A DNA stretch of 32,000 nt from Candidatus Brocadia sp. WS118 (lineage in GTDB: Bacteria > Planctomycetota > Brocadiia > Brocadiales > Brocadiaceae): positions 516-32,515 of the forward strand of contig PHFX01000170.1 in assembly GCA_007618135.1 (NCBI GenBank), written 5' to 3'. Under the pieces are notes generated by a model. That model did no database searches and was not told where the DNA came from. It worked only from the letters and a program-made list of their open reading frames with translations. Position 1 is the stretch's first letter, and every line of letters starts with the position of its first letter. Both the position numbers and the translations under genes were made by a program. Shown here one piece after another: positions 1 to 9,150 of this stretch.

Positions 1-37
1 ATTTTCTTTTTGTTTATTTTCTTTTTTGTATTTGTCA

Positions 38-805
38 TTACAGAAACTCCTTTCCTAAAGTGCAAGATTTATTATTAATTTCGTGCATTTCATGAGTTAT
101 ATCAGGGATGAGCATCTTTAAGGTCTCTTTTGCCGCAAATTGCTCTGCTTCTTTCTTGCTTTTGCCCCATCCTCTGCCATATTCATTGCCTTTTATTAAC
201 ACGCTTACTTCAAATAATTTCCCGTGATCTGGTCCTACTTGCTGCAATACGCGGTAGACCGGAGTTACACCATGTTCCTTCTGACTATGCTGTTGAAGAA
301 TTGATTTGTAATTCTTCTCGTGTTGATTCTTGCAAACAATATCGATCTCTTTCTTTAAATACTTTACGGTAAACGTATAGGCTGCCTCAAGACCGCCATC
401 GAGATAGATTGCTGCAATAACAGCTTCAAATACATTTGCAAGTAAAGATTTTGGGAGAAAATTCCGATCATTTAAACCTCTTCCCACCGTAAGAAAATCT
501 TTTAAATGTGCTTCCAAGCTTACTTTGGCAAGCGTTGTTTGACTTACCACCACGGATTTTATTTTTGTTAATTCGCCCTCGCTATAATGAGGTAGTGTCT
601 TATAGAGATAGTCAGAAATAATCATTCCCAATACGGCATCGCCCAAAAATTCTAGTCGCTCATTGGAAAAATTATTTTCCAATTTACAGGAAGTATGGGT
701 AAGCGCCTTTTCAAGCACCCCGGTATTGTTGAAAAAATAACCTATTATGAATTGACACTCACTAAGTTTTTCCGGATTTATGTGACTATTCGTTTGGAGT
801 ATCAT
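38..805 (-). CDS. rnc: Ribonuclease III
   Basis: 255 aa ORF with the RNase III signature NERLEFLGDAVLG, a second acidic motif (ANVFEAVIAAIYLDGG) and a C-terminal dsRBD-like segment (GPDHGKLFEVSVLIKGNEYGRGWGKSKKEAEQFAAKETL). Confidence 0.96.
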   Translation of the reverse strand: MILQTNSHINPEKLSECQFIIGYFFNNTGVLEKALTHTSCKLENNFSNERLEFLGDAVLGMIISDYLYKTLPHYSEGELTKIKSVVVSQTTLAKVSLEAHLKDFLTVGRGLNDRNFLPKSLLANVFEAVIAAIYLDGGLEAAYTFTVKYLKKEIDIVCKNQHEKNYKSILQQHSQKEHGVTPVYRVLQQVGPDHGKLFEVSVLIKGNEYGRGWGKSKKEAEQFAAKETLKMLIPDITHEMHEINNKSCTLGKEFL

Positions 806-1322
806 TTTTTTGGAACTTTTTTTCCTTAAACAGCATCGATTCTTCTATAGCAGTGTACTGGGTTGCAGCATCAATAAGCTCAACGGCTGTGCTGCGTCTA
901 AATGAGACAACCTCTACCCTGCATCCATGTGCTTTTAGCATTTCAACAAGAGGTGCAAAGTCTCCGTCTCCGCTTACTAATACGACAGTATCTAATTTTG
1001 GCGCAATTGCAATTGAGTCAATAGCAATACCCATGTCCCAATCCCCTTTTGCTGTTCCATCCGGTCTTAGCCGAAGCTCCTTCGATTTGATTTCATATCC
1101 TAGCCGACTTAAGGCATCGGTGAAGCTTGATTGATCCACGTCGGGTTTTTGTACAACATACGCAATTGCGCGAATGAGATTTCTATCACCTACGATTTCT
1201 AATAAAAGCTTGCTATAGTCGATCTTCGATTGGTGCAACGCCTTTGCTGAATAAAACATATTTTGGACATCAACAAATATTCCAATCCTTTGTTGGGATC
1301 CTTTGATTCGTCCACCTACCAT
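786..1322 (-). CDS. NYN domain (LabA/DUF88-like) protein, putative ribonuclease
   Basis: FVDVQNMFYSAK near the N-terminus, then KGDWDMGIAIDSIA and TVVLVSGDGDFAPLVEMLKAHGCRVEVVSF, typical of the NYN/PIN-like fold. Overlaps rnc by 20 nt on the same strand. Confidence 0.88.
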   Translation of the reverse strand: MVGGRIKGSQQRIGIFVDVQNMFYSAKALHQSKIDYSKLLLEIVGDRNLIRAIAYVVQKPDVDQSSFTDALSRLGYEIKSKELRLRPDGTAKGDWDMGIAIDSIAIAPKLDTVVLVSGDGDFAPLVEMLKAHGCRVEVVSFRRSTAVELIDAATQYTAIEESMLFKEKKFQKNDTPNE

Positions 1323-1714
1323 GTATATCTTCCTTTCTAATAAAGACTTAATACATTGAAGAATACATAATAATATAAGTACCTAACTTATTAAAGAATG
1401 TTGATCATAGAAAACAACGAAAAAAAATAGGTAGGTTAAGTAAAATAATATAGGTTCAAAGAGCAGAAGATAGCTATGACAAATTTCGTCATAACATACC
1501 TTTTTACAAAATATTATGGCAATAGCTATACAATTTCAACGTTTTATTGTAACAACCTTTTATTGACAGTCAATAAAAAACTGAAATAACTTAATTTTAT
1601 TGACTCTTGCCGTGAATTCTGATAGATTTACCGAATTAATGAGTAAATATAAATGCTTTGTTTGCAATAACTAAAAATAAAATAAGAAATAACAGGAATT
1701 AACTGAAATTTGCT

Positions 1715-2797
1715 ATGGATATAGCCCAATTAAGGAAGGAAATTGATAAATTGGATTCAAAAATCGTAGCTCTGCTAAACGAAAGGGCTAAAATAGTTTT
1801 AAAGATAGGTGAGATAAAAAAACAAAACCGTGCTCAGGTATATGTTCCAAACCGGGAACGTGAAGTTTACTTGCAGATTACATCGCAAAATAAAGGCCCT
1901 TTAACGAACGATTGTTTAATAGCAATATATCGTGAGTTAATGGCTGGTTCACTAGTATTAGAAAAGGCTATTAAAGTATCATATCTTGGTCCTAAGGGCA
2001 CTTTTAGTTATTTCGCTGCCAAACAAAAATTTGGTTCATCGGTTGAATATGTTCCGGTAAGAGGGATTGATGATGTTTTTCGGGATGTGGCGGCAGGGAG
2101 AAGTGATTATGGAATTGTACCGGTTGAGAATTCTACAGAGGGGGGCATTCGGGAAACTCTAAACATGTTTGTAGAGTGTGATGTCAAAGTCTGTGCCGAG
2201 ATTATTTTCCCAATTCATCATAATTTAATGGCAAACTGTAAAAAGGAAGAGATTAAAAAGGTTTACTCTAAATCACAGATTTTGTCTCAATGCAGAAATT
2301 GGTTGGCAGGCAATATTCCCCATGCAGAGCTGATAGAAGTCAGTAGCAGTGCTGAGGCTGCCCGTATTTTTGAAACGACGTTAAAGTCGGTAAAAGAAGG
2401 GCACTATTGCGCGATAATTGCTAACGCCGAAATAGCACAACAGTATGGATTCAACATCCTGTTTAGAAATATTGAAGACAATCCAAATAATGTAACACGG
2501 TTTTTTGTTTTAAGCAAGGAATACGGTGCGCCGGGTGAAAAGGACAGGACGGCGGTGATGTGCTATACCAAAAATCGTCCAGGGGCGTTATTGGAAATAC
2601 TAGAACCTTTTAGAAACTACAATATTAATCTTACCAATATTGAATCGTTACCTACCCGGAAAAAGGCGTGGGAATATTGCTTTTATCTTGATTTTGAAGG
2701 ACATGTGGCAAATGAATCTGTGCAAAAGGCGCTTGACGAAGTTTTCAAAAAGTGTTCAGATATGAAGATATTAGGATCATTTCCAAAGTGTGATTAA
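1715..2797 (+). CDS. pheA: Bifunctional chorismate mutase / prephenate dehydratase (P-protein)
   Basis: N-terminal chorismate mutase helix (LRKEIDKLDSKIVALLNERAKIVLKIGEIKK), PDT domain (VSYLGPKGTFSYFAA, GIVPVENSTEGG, TRFFVLSKE) and C-terminal ACT domain (KNRPGALLEILEPFRNYNINLTNIESLPTR...EYCFYLDFEG). Confidence 0.95.
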   Translation: MDIAQLRKEIDKLDSKIVALLNERAKIVLKIGEIKKQNRAQVYVPNREREVYLQITSQNKGPLTNDCLIAIYRELMAGSLVLEKAIKVSYLGPKGTFSYFAAKQKFGSSVEYVPVRGIDDVFRDVAAGRSDYGIVPVENSTEGGIRETLNMFVECDVKVCAEIIFPIHHNLMANCKKEEIKKVYSKSQILSQCRNWLAGNIPHAELIEVSSSAEAARIFETTLKSVKEGHYCAIIANAEIAQQYGFNILFRNIEDNPNNVTRFFVLSKEYGAPGEKDRTAVMCYTKNRPGALLEILEPFRNYNINLTNIESLPTRKKAWEYCFYLDFEGHVANESVQKALDEVFKKCSDMKILGSFPKCD

Positions 2798-2817
2798 AGA
2801 GATAATATCCTGAGATA

Positions 2818-3582
2818 ATGATGAAAAAGCCTTTTATCGTGGGGAATTGGAAGATGAATCTCACCCTGAAGCAAGGAGTAGAATTTGCCGGCTTATTGAA
2901 AAACAGCTTGTATGGAAAACGTGAGATAATTTGTGGGATTTGTCCGCCCTTTGTCTTTCTCAAAGAGATTTGTAAAATACTGGAAGACTGCAATGTCTGT
3001 GTGGCTGCGCAGAATATTCATAGTGAAAGAAATGGTGCGTATACCGGAGAAATTTCCGCTCTGATGGTAAAAGAAGTCGGTTGTACTCATGTGTTGATAG
3101 GTCATTCTGAACGGAGACATATCTTTCATGAAACCGATTCCTTTATCAATGCTAAAATAAAGATGGCATTGTCTGTCACTTTAAAACCAATTTTTTGTAT
3201 CGGAGAAACATTAGAGGAAAGAGAGTCTGGAAGAACAAAAGAGGTAATTCAAAATCAATTAAAAGGAGGTTTGCACGATATTCGTGCCGACCGATTAAAA
3301 GAACTGGTGATTGCTTATGAGCCGGTATGGGCAATTGGTACGGGAAAAACTGCCTTGCCCGGGCAGGCCAATGAAGTTCATGCGTTTATCAGAAACACCG
3401 TAGCGGATGCGTACGGCAAAGATTTCGCTACGAGCTTATATATTCAATACGGTGGGAGCGTAAAACCAGAGAATGCAAAGGAGTTAATGGCCCAGCCGGA
3501 GATTGACGGACTTCTGGTGGGCGGTGCAAGTATTACTTTTGAATCGTTTTTAAAAATTATTGAGGCGGTGTCAAAGGATTAA
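2818..3582 (+). CDS. tpiA: Triosephosphate isomerase
   Basis: FIVGNWKMN, VLIGHSERR, and AYEPVWAIGTGKTA, plus C-terminal IQYGGSVKPENAKELM and DGLLVGGASI. Confidence 0.97.
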   Translation: MMKKPFIVGNWKMNLTLKQGVEFAGLLKNSLYGKREIICGICPPFVFLKEICKILEDCNVCVAAQNIHSERNGAYTGEISALMVKEVGCTHVLIGHSERRHIFHETDSFINAKIKMALSVTLKPIFCIGETLEERESGRTKEVIQNQLKGGLHDIRADRLKELVIAYEPVWAIGTGKTALPGQANEVHAFIRNTVADAYGKDFATSLYIQYGGSVKPENAKELMAQPEIDGLLVGGASITFESFLKIIEAVSKD

Positions 3583-3619
3583 TTATTTTGATAACAGTTT
3601 TTTCATATTGGAGAGTTAG

Positions 3620-4216
3620 ATGGTGAAGGCTGAAAAGGCATTTAAATGGGGAATTGCAATTATTGTTATCTTTGGGATATTAAATGCATTCTATTTTTTT
3701 AATTTAATTATTGCATTCAAGATTGTGTTGCCGATATTATGCGTGTTCATGATCGGGTCTATCTTATTACAATCAGGAAAAGGGGGAGGATTGGCGGCAA
3801 TTGGTGGCTTGGGAGACCAGTCTGCCTTTGGTACAAGAACAAGTACCTTTTTAACGAAAGTTACCTACCTTATCGGCGCTGCATTTATTGTTGCCACCGT
3901 TTTTTTGTTTAAGCTGTCCATCTCTACAACCATGATGCATACAATGGTTCCTCAGGAAGTTTCTGAAGTGCCGCACACGCATGATCATCCTGTGCCTGAA
4001 GCGCAGCATGTACACGGCGATAATTGTTCTCATCCAGAGGAGAAAGAGGGTAGTCCCACCAATATTGGAATGCAGGAGGTTGAGGAAAAACCATCAAACA
4101 GCGCGATACAGGAAAGTTCTCCTCAAACAGACGTGAAGGGTACGGCACCGCAGGAGAAACCAGTGGGTATGAATCCTGTTCAGAAAGAAGAAAAAGCGTC
4201 AGAGAGCACAAAGTAG
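3620..4216 (+). CDS. secG: Preprotein translocase subunit SecG with an extended, His-rich C-terminal tail
   Basis: Two hydrophobic segments around ILLQSGKGGGLAAIGGLGDQSAFGTRTSTFLTKVT (SecG signature), same-strand position after tpiA, then a long hydrophilic tail. Confidence 0.88.
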   Translation: MVKAEKAFKWGIAIIVIFGILNAFYFFNLIIAFKIVLPILCVFMIGSILLQSGKGGGLAAIGGLGDQSAFGTRTSTFLTKVTYLIGAAFIVATVFLFKLSISTTMMHTMVPQEVSEVPHTHDHPVPEAQHVHGDNCSHPEEKEGSPTNIGMQEVEEKPSNSAIQESSPQTDVKGTAPQEKPVGMNPVQKEEKASESTK

Positions 4217-4281
4217 TCCTTGAGCGAAATGGATAAACAAGCGGATAAAAATTGAGATAAATAGTTAAACAACGCACAGAT

Positions 4282-5178
4282 TTGGTGACTTTGATGCTCA
4301 AGAGCATGACAGGATTTGGCATTGCAGAATATAAGGATACGGAACGTACACTTCGTGTGGAATTGCGTTCGGTCAATAACCGGTTCTTAAAGATAGATTC
4401 GCGGTTGCCGGATATTTTGCAGGCATTTGAGAGTAAGATTGAACACTCAATTAGGGAAAAAATCAACCGGGGTACCGTTCTTTTAAATGTAAGCTATCAA
4501 TCGCTTCTTCAGGAATCTGAGTATGTCTTGAATTACGATAGGTTAAAAGAGTATTTTCGCCTGTTAAGCGATGTTAAAAAAGAGATTGGCTCCAGGGAGA
4601 AAATATCAGTAAATACCCTGACCATGCTTCCTGGGGTACTGCAAAAAAGTAAAAATAACCATGAAGCTGCTGACGTCCTGTTATCCATATGTGTTTCTCT
4701 GGTAGACGAAGCCCTCATGAAGATGCTGCAGATGAGGGAGATAGAAGGCAAACATCTGAGAGAAGATATCGAACAGAGAAAAACTGGCATTCTTGCAATG
4801 CTTGATAAGATTGAGATGCGGGCGCCGGTAGTAGTCCAGGAATATAGCAAGCGGTTACAATGCAGGGTTGCCTCACTCTTAGCCGGAACGAATATAGAAT
4901 TAACCGACAGCAACCTTTGCCGTGAAATTGCCCTCTTTGCGGAACGATCTGATATCAGTGAAGAGATAAGTCGTCTGAAGAGCCATTTACATCAACTGCA
5001 AGAAACGATTTACCTGAATGAACCAGTAGGGAGAAAGCTCGACTTTATTGTCCAAGAGATGTTCCGTGAAACGAATACCATGTGCTCAAAGGCAAATGAT
5101 AGTATTATGTTGAAGGATTTGGTGGATGTAAAAACGGAGATCGAAAAAATTCGAGAACAGATATTTAACATTGAATAG
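4282..5178 (+). CDS. yicC: YicC family protein (YicC-like endoribonuclease family)
   Basis: Starts near MLKSMTGFGIAEY...VELRSVNNRFL; ends RKLDFIVQEMFRETNTMCSKANDSIMLKDLVDVKTEIEKIREQIFNIE. The likely start is the internal ATG giving MTGFG. Directly upstream of gmk, a common arrangement. Confidence 0.93.
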   Translation: MVTLMLKSMTGFGIAEYKDTERTLRVELRSVNNRFLKIDSRLPDILQAFESKIEHSIREKINRGTVLLNVSYQSLLQESEYVLNYDRLKEYFRLLSDVKKEIGSREKISVNTLTMLPGVLQKSKNNHEAADVLLSICVSLVDEALMKMLQMREIEGKHLREDIEQRKTGILAMLDKIEMRAPVVVQEYSKRLQCRVASLLAGTNIELTDSNLCREIALFAERSDISEEISRLKSHLHQLQETIYLNEPVGRKLDFIVQEMFRETNTMCSKANDSIMLKDLVDVKTEIEKIREQIFNIE

Positions 5179-5218
5179 AGGGTATGAATTACTTCGTTTT
5201 TTTAGAGTGCCGGGAGCT

Positions 5219-5764
5219 ATGGGGAAGTTGGTAATTATTTCAGGGCCGTCAGGATCTGGCAAGACAACGGTTTGTAAACTGCTCGAAAAAGACCCTCATG
5301 TGAAGAAATCAATATCGGTTACTACGCGCTTACCCAGGTACAATGAGAAAACCGGAGAAGCATACCATTTTGTATCAACTCGTGAATTTGAAGAGATGAT
5401 CAGGAGTGGTGAACTTGCAGAATATGCTGAATATTGCGGATATTTTTATGGAACCCCGGTGAAGGCATTAAAAGAGGCGCTTATGAAAGAGGGCTTCTTT
5501 TTACTCGAAATCGAGGTGCAGGGGGCATTACAAATTATGGAAAAATTCCCGGAAACCATATCGATTTTTTTACTGCCTCCTGACAAAAAAACATTGGGCC
5601 GGCGGCTGGCGCAAAGAAAAACCAATAAAGGGCAGGATTTGGAACTTCGCTTAAAAGTTGCTGATAAAGAATTGGAATACAAAGACCGGTATAACCACTG
5701 TGTCGTGAATGACGATCTGGCGGTAACGGTAAGTACGATCCGTAAAATACTCAACCTGGCGTAA
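5219..5764 (+). CDS. gmk: Guanylate kinase
   Basis: GKLVIISGPSGSGKTTVCKLL Walker A, VSVTTRLPRYNEKTGEAYHF-type GMP-binding region, FLLEIEVQGALQI. The ORF track starts at a TTG at 5171; the internal ATG at 5219 fits the family start better. Confidence 0.95.
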   Translation: MGKLVIISGPSGSGKTTVCKLLEKDPHVKKSISVTTRLPRYNEKTGEAYHFVSTREFEEMIRSGELAEYAEYCGYFYGTPVKALKEALMKEGFFLLEIEVQGALQIMEKFPETISIFLLPPDKKTLGRRLAQRKTNKGQDLELRLKVADKELEYKDRYNHCVVNDDLAVTVSTIRKILNLA

Positions 5765-5766
5765 TC

Positions 5767-6318
5767 ATGTCCTACCATATTGTTTTGGGAGTTACGGGAA
5801 GCATCGCTGCATACAAGGCTGTTGAGATTGTGTCATGTCTTAAAAGACAAGGAAATCGTGTTCTGGTGATCATGACATCTGCAGCCCAACGCTTTGTTGA
5901 TCCTGTGACCTTCCGTTCTATTTCTCAAAATCAGGTCGTAACCGATCTTTTTGTTGACAACGAGAATTACGATCCCAATCATATATCTCTGGCAGAACAG
6001 GCCGATTTGATGGTGGTTGCTCCCGCTACGGCTAATTTTATCGGCAAGGTTGCCTCGGGTATCGCCGATGATGCGTTGACTTGCACGGTTATGGCAGCAC
6101 AATCACCGGTTATTATTGCCCCGGCAATGAATGATAGTATGTATTTAAATCCCATCGTACAGGAAAATATAAAGAAGTTAGCACATCGTGGGTACAAGAT
6201 TATTGAACCTGAACAGGGCAGGTTGTGTACGGGACGGATTGGGATAGGGAGATTACCAGCTGTTGAGAAGATTGTCAGGGTAATTGAAGAAGAGCTCAAC
6301 AAGAAAAGGAAGGGATGA
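5767..6318 (+). CDS. coaC: Phosphopantothenoylcysteine decarboxylase-type flavoprotein (stand-alone CoaC)
   Basis: [43 protein letters not shown], and APAMNDSMY, typical of HFCD flavoproteins. The protein ends after 183 aa with no CoaB synthetase domain. Confidence 0.85.
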   Translation: MSYHIVLGVTGSIAAYKAVEIVSCLKRQGNRVLVIMTSAAQRFVDPVTFRSISQNQVVTDLFVDNENYDPNHISLAEQADLMVVAPATANFIGKVASGIADDALTCTVMAAQSPVIIAPAMNDSMYLNPIVQENIKKLAHRGYKIIEPEQGRLCTGRIGIGRLPAVEKIVRVIEEELNKKRKG

Positions 6319-6764
6319 ATACGTTAAAGATAAAGGTAATGAGAAAGCCGGGATGTGAGGATTTACCTTTACCCCGATATATGAGTGAAGCGGCAAGCGG
6401 TATGGATTTATATGCAGCGGTGGACACATCGGTTTTGATGGAACGCAGTGAAATTAAACTGATTCCTACCGGTATCCATATTGAGTTGCCTCGGGGATAT
6501 GAGGCGCAGGTGAGGCCAAGAAGCGGCCTGGCGCTGAAACATGGCTTGACGCTCGTAAACACTCCCGGTACCATTGATAGCGACTATCGTGGAGAGATTG
6601 GGATTATTCTCTGCAATCTTGGGAAAGATACGTTTACGGTTGAACGGGGGATGCGGATTGCACAACTCGTGATTCAACCGGTAACCAGAGCAGAATTAAT
6701 CGAAGTTGAACGTCTGGGAGAATCTCCGCGCGGGATAGGTGGTTTTGGTCACACAGGACATTAA
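6315..6764 (+). CDS. dut: dUTP diphosphatase
   Basis: [44 protein letters not shown], and GFGHTGH: the five dUTPase motifs. Confidence 0.95.
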   Translation: MNTLKIKVMRKPGCEDLPLPRYMSEAASGMDLYAAVDTSVLMERSEIKLIPTGIHIELPRGYEAQVRPRSGLALKHGLTLVNTPGTIDSDYRGEIGIILCNLGKDTFTVERGMRIAQLVIQPVTRAELIEVERLGESPRGIGGFGHTGH

Positions 6765-6803
6765 ATTGGAATTGAATTCTTTTCCGTACTCAGAAGGAAT
6801 TAT

Positions 6804-9149
6804 ATGGGGATTAAACGTTTCGTACGTGGTGTTACCGCAGTTATCCTTATAGCCTTCGCATTATTTCTCCTGTTAAGTTTCATCAGCTATTCTTCCAACG
6901 ATCCTCCCTTTGCAGATTATCCGATGAACAATCCAGTGCATAATTTTTGTGGGCCTGCGGGTGCACAGGTTGCTGCCTACGCTTTAGCAGGCATGGGAAG
7001 AACTTCCTATCTGATCGTCATCCTGTTGGGTTGGTTGGGGACGCAATATCTTTATAAGGAAAGGATCGAATACCTGTGGGTAAGGGTGATAGGGGCTGTT
7101 CTCTTGCTGTTTTCAATCGCGTCCCTGTTATCCCTTGGGTGTTACTTATTAAAAAAGAATTTTTTATCTGTCAATGTTGGAGGGATTTTTGGAATTGTGA
7201 CGGTCTCGAGGTTACATGAGTATTTTAGTTTAACAGGTACCCTCATTGTTTTGGGATTAGGGCTTGCTATTTCGGTTATGCTCTTGCTTAACGCTACGCC
7301 GATGTCACGATTCATAAAAGTGTCAAAAATGAAAACAGAAGGAGATGGATCGGTTTCTGCACGTGACTCCGAAGCGAGAAATCTTGAGCCTCTTCGTCGT
7401 CTGAAAGATAAGGTGTTTTCTTCTGCAAGCATTTCAGCGAACGATACTCCAGAACACGATACGGAGGCCTATTTTACCGATACTACCGTGGAAACAAAAA
7501 ATGAACGGTACGAATTAAGAGGAGGGGGTAAAAAAAACCAAAAAACGTATGATGGGAAACCCTGTTTGGATGATGAGGAGATGGAAGGGGAAGGGGGAGG
7601 GGGAGGGGGAGGGGGAGATGAAGATAGGTACGATACCATTCCTGCCGAAAAGCAGGAATCTGCTTATAAACTGCCACCGCCGGATCTCCTGGAAAAACCC
7701 GACTTCAAGGGACACGGAGACGACTGGGATCAGATAACCCAGCGCGCCCAGGTGTTAAAGAATACCCTCGAACAGTTTAACGTAAAATCAGAGGTCGTGG
7801 AAATTGAAAGAGGCCCTGTTATTACCATGTACGAATTGGAATTGGCGCCGGGGACAAAGGTTGGCAAGGTTGTGGGTCTTTCAGATGATCTCGCCATTGC
7901 CTTAAAGGCGCCCAGCGTAAGGGTGGTTGCGCCACTCATGGGGAAATCTTCCATTGGTATTGAAGTTCCCAATATCCAGAGGAAAATGGTGATGTTGCGG
8001 GAGTTGCTGGATGCCTCGGAAGAAGTGCGGAAAAAGATGTCTATTCCGCTTTTGATCGGAAAAGACGTTGCGGGAAATCCCGTCATATCGGATTTGGCGG
8101 CTATGCCCCACCTGCTGATTGCGGGGACAACGGGTTCCGGAAAATCGGTTTGTTTGAATTCGGTGATCTTAAGCATCCTCTTCATGCGCCATCCTCATGA
8201 GGTTCAGCTCTTGCTGGTAGACCCGAAAATGGTTGAATTTTCATTATTCCGGGAAATTCCGCATTTAATAAGCCCTGTAGTGACTGACATGAAAAAGGCA
8301 TCAGCCGTACTGGAATGGGCGGTAAATAAAATGGAGGAACGATATGCATTGCTTGCCAGTGTGGGAGTGAAGCATATCAACGGTTATAATAGACTGGGAA
8401 TGCCAGAGATTAAAAGGCGCCTGAACCCTGACGGAGATGCGAATCTTGAAGACGTGCCTTTTTATCTTCCCCATGTGGTTATTGTGGTGGATGAACTGGC
8501 TGATCTGATGATGGTGGCATCCAAAGAGGTGGAAGGATCGGTAATACGCCTGTCACAAAAATCGCGCGCCGTGGGCATCCATCTCATCCTTGCAACACAA
8601 CGGCCTTCGGTCGATGTGATTACCGGCCTCATTAAATCAAATTTACCCTCCCGGATATCGTTTTACGTTGCTTCAAAGGTGGATTCGAGGACGATTCTTG
8701 ATCAAAACGGGGCAGAAAAACTCCTGGGAAGCGGAGATATGTTGTTCTTGCCTCCGGGAACTTCAAAACTGGTGCGCGTCCAGGGAGCGTATGTAAGCGA
8801 TGAAGAGGTAAAGAATGTCGTTGAATATCTCAGAAAATGTGCGGTACCGCAGTTTAGTCCGGAATTAAAGTGCTGGAAAGGCGCTTCAGATCAGGACAAC
8901 AGCGCCAAGGATAATCTGTATGCTGAGGCGGTAAGGATTATCCTCGAGTCGCAAAGAGGATCTGTTTCGCTCTTGCAGAGGAGACTGGAAATTGGATACT
9001 CACGAGCTGCAAAACTCATTGACTTGATGGCAGAAGACGGGATTGTGGGCGAATATAAGGGGAGTCAGGCCAGAGAGGTATTTTTAACCCTGGAAGAATG
9101 GGATGCCCAAATGGCACGAATGAATCAGGAAGAAATGGATAACGTGTAA
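6804..9149 (+). CDS. ftsK: DNA translocase FtsK/SpoIIIE
   Basis: N-terminal transmembrane segments, acidic/Gly-rich linker, LIAGTTGSGKSVCLN Walker A, VVIVVDELADLMM Walker B, HLILATQRPSVDVITG, and C-terminal gamma winged-helix-like domain (SLLQRRLEIGYSRAAKLIDLMAEDGIVG). Confidence 0.96.
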   Translation: MGIKRFVRGVTAVILIAFALFLLLSFISYSSNDPPFADYPMNNPVHNFCGPAGAQVAAYALAGMGRTSYLIVILLGWLGTQYLYKERIEYLWVRVIGAVLLLFSIASLLSLGCYLLKKNFLSVNVGGIFGIVTVSRLHEYFSLTGTLIVLGLGLAISVMLLLNATPMSRFIKVSKMKTEGDGSVSARDSEARNLEPLRRLKDKVFSSASISANDTPEHDTEAYFTDTTVETKNERYELRGGGKKNQKTYDGKPCLDDEEMEGEGGGGGGGGDEDRYDTIPAEKQESAYKLPPPDLLEKPDFKGHGDDWDQITQRAQVLKNTLEQFNVKSEVVEIERGPVITMYELELAPGTKVGKVVGLSDDLAIALKAPSVRVVAPLMGKSSIGIEVPNIQRKMVMLRELLDASEEVRKKMSIPLLIGKDVAGNPVISDLAAMPHLLIAGTTGSGKSVCLNSVILSILFMRHPHEVQLLLVDPKMVEFSLFREIPHLISPVVTDMKKASAVLEWAVNKMEERYALLASVGVKHINGYNRLGMPEIKRRLNPDGDANLEDVPFYLPHVVIVVDELADLMMVASKEVEGSVIRLSQKSRAVGIHLILATQRPSVDVITGLIKSNLPSRISFYVASKVDSRTILDQNGAEKLLGSGDMLFLPPGTSKLVRVQGAYVSDEEVKNVVEYLRKCAVPQFSPELKCWKGASDQDNSAKDNLYAEAVRIILESQRGSVSLLQRRLEIGYSRAAKLIDLMAEDGIVGEYKGSQAREVFLTLEEWDAQMARMNQEEMDNV

Positions 9150-9150
9150 T

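Noticed and set aside
7483-7737. Several overlapping small ORFs rich in Pro-Ser or Gly-Glu repeats (for example 7483-7677 minus, 7549-7737 plus)
   Set aside because: They are shadow frames of the G-rich tract inside ftsK, and ftsK motifs clearly define the coding frame.
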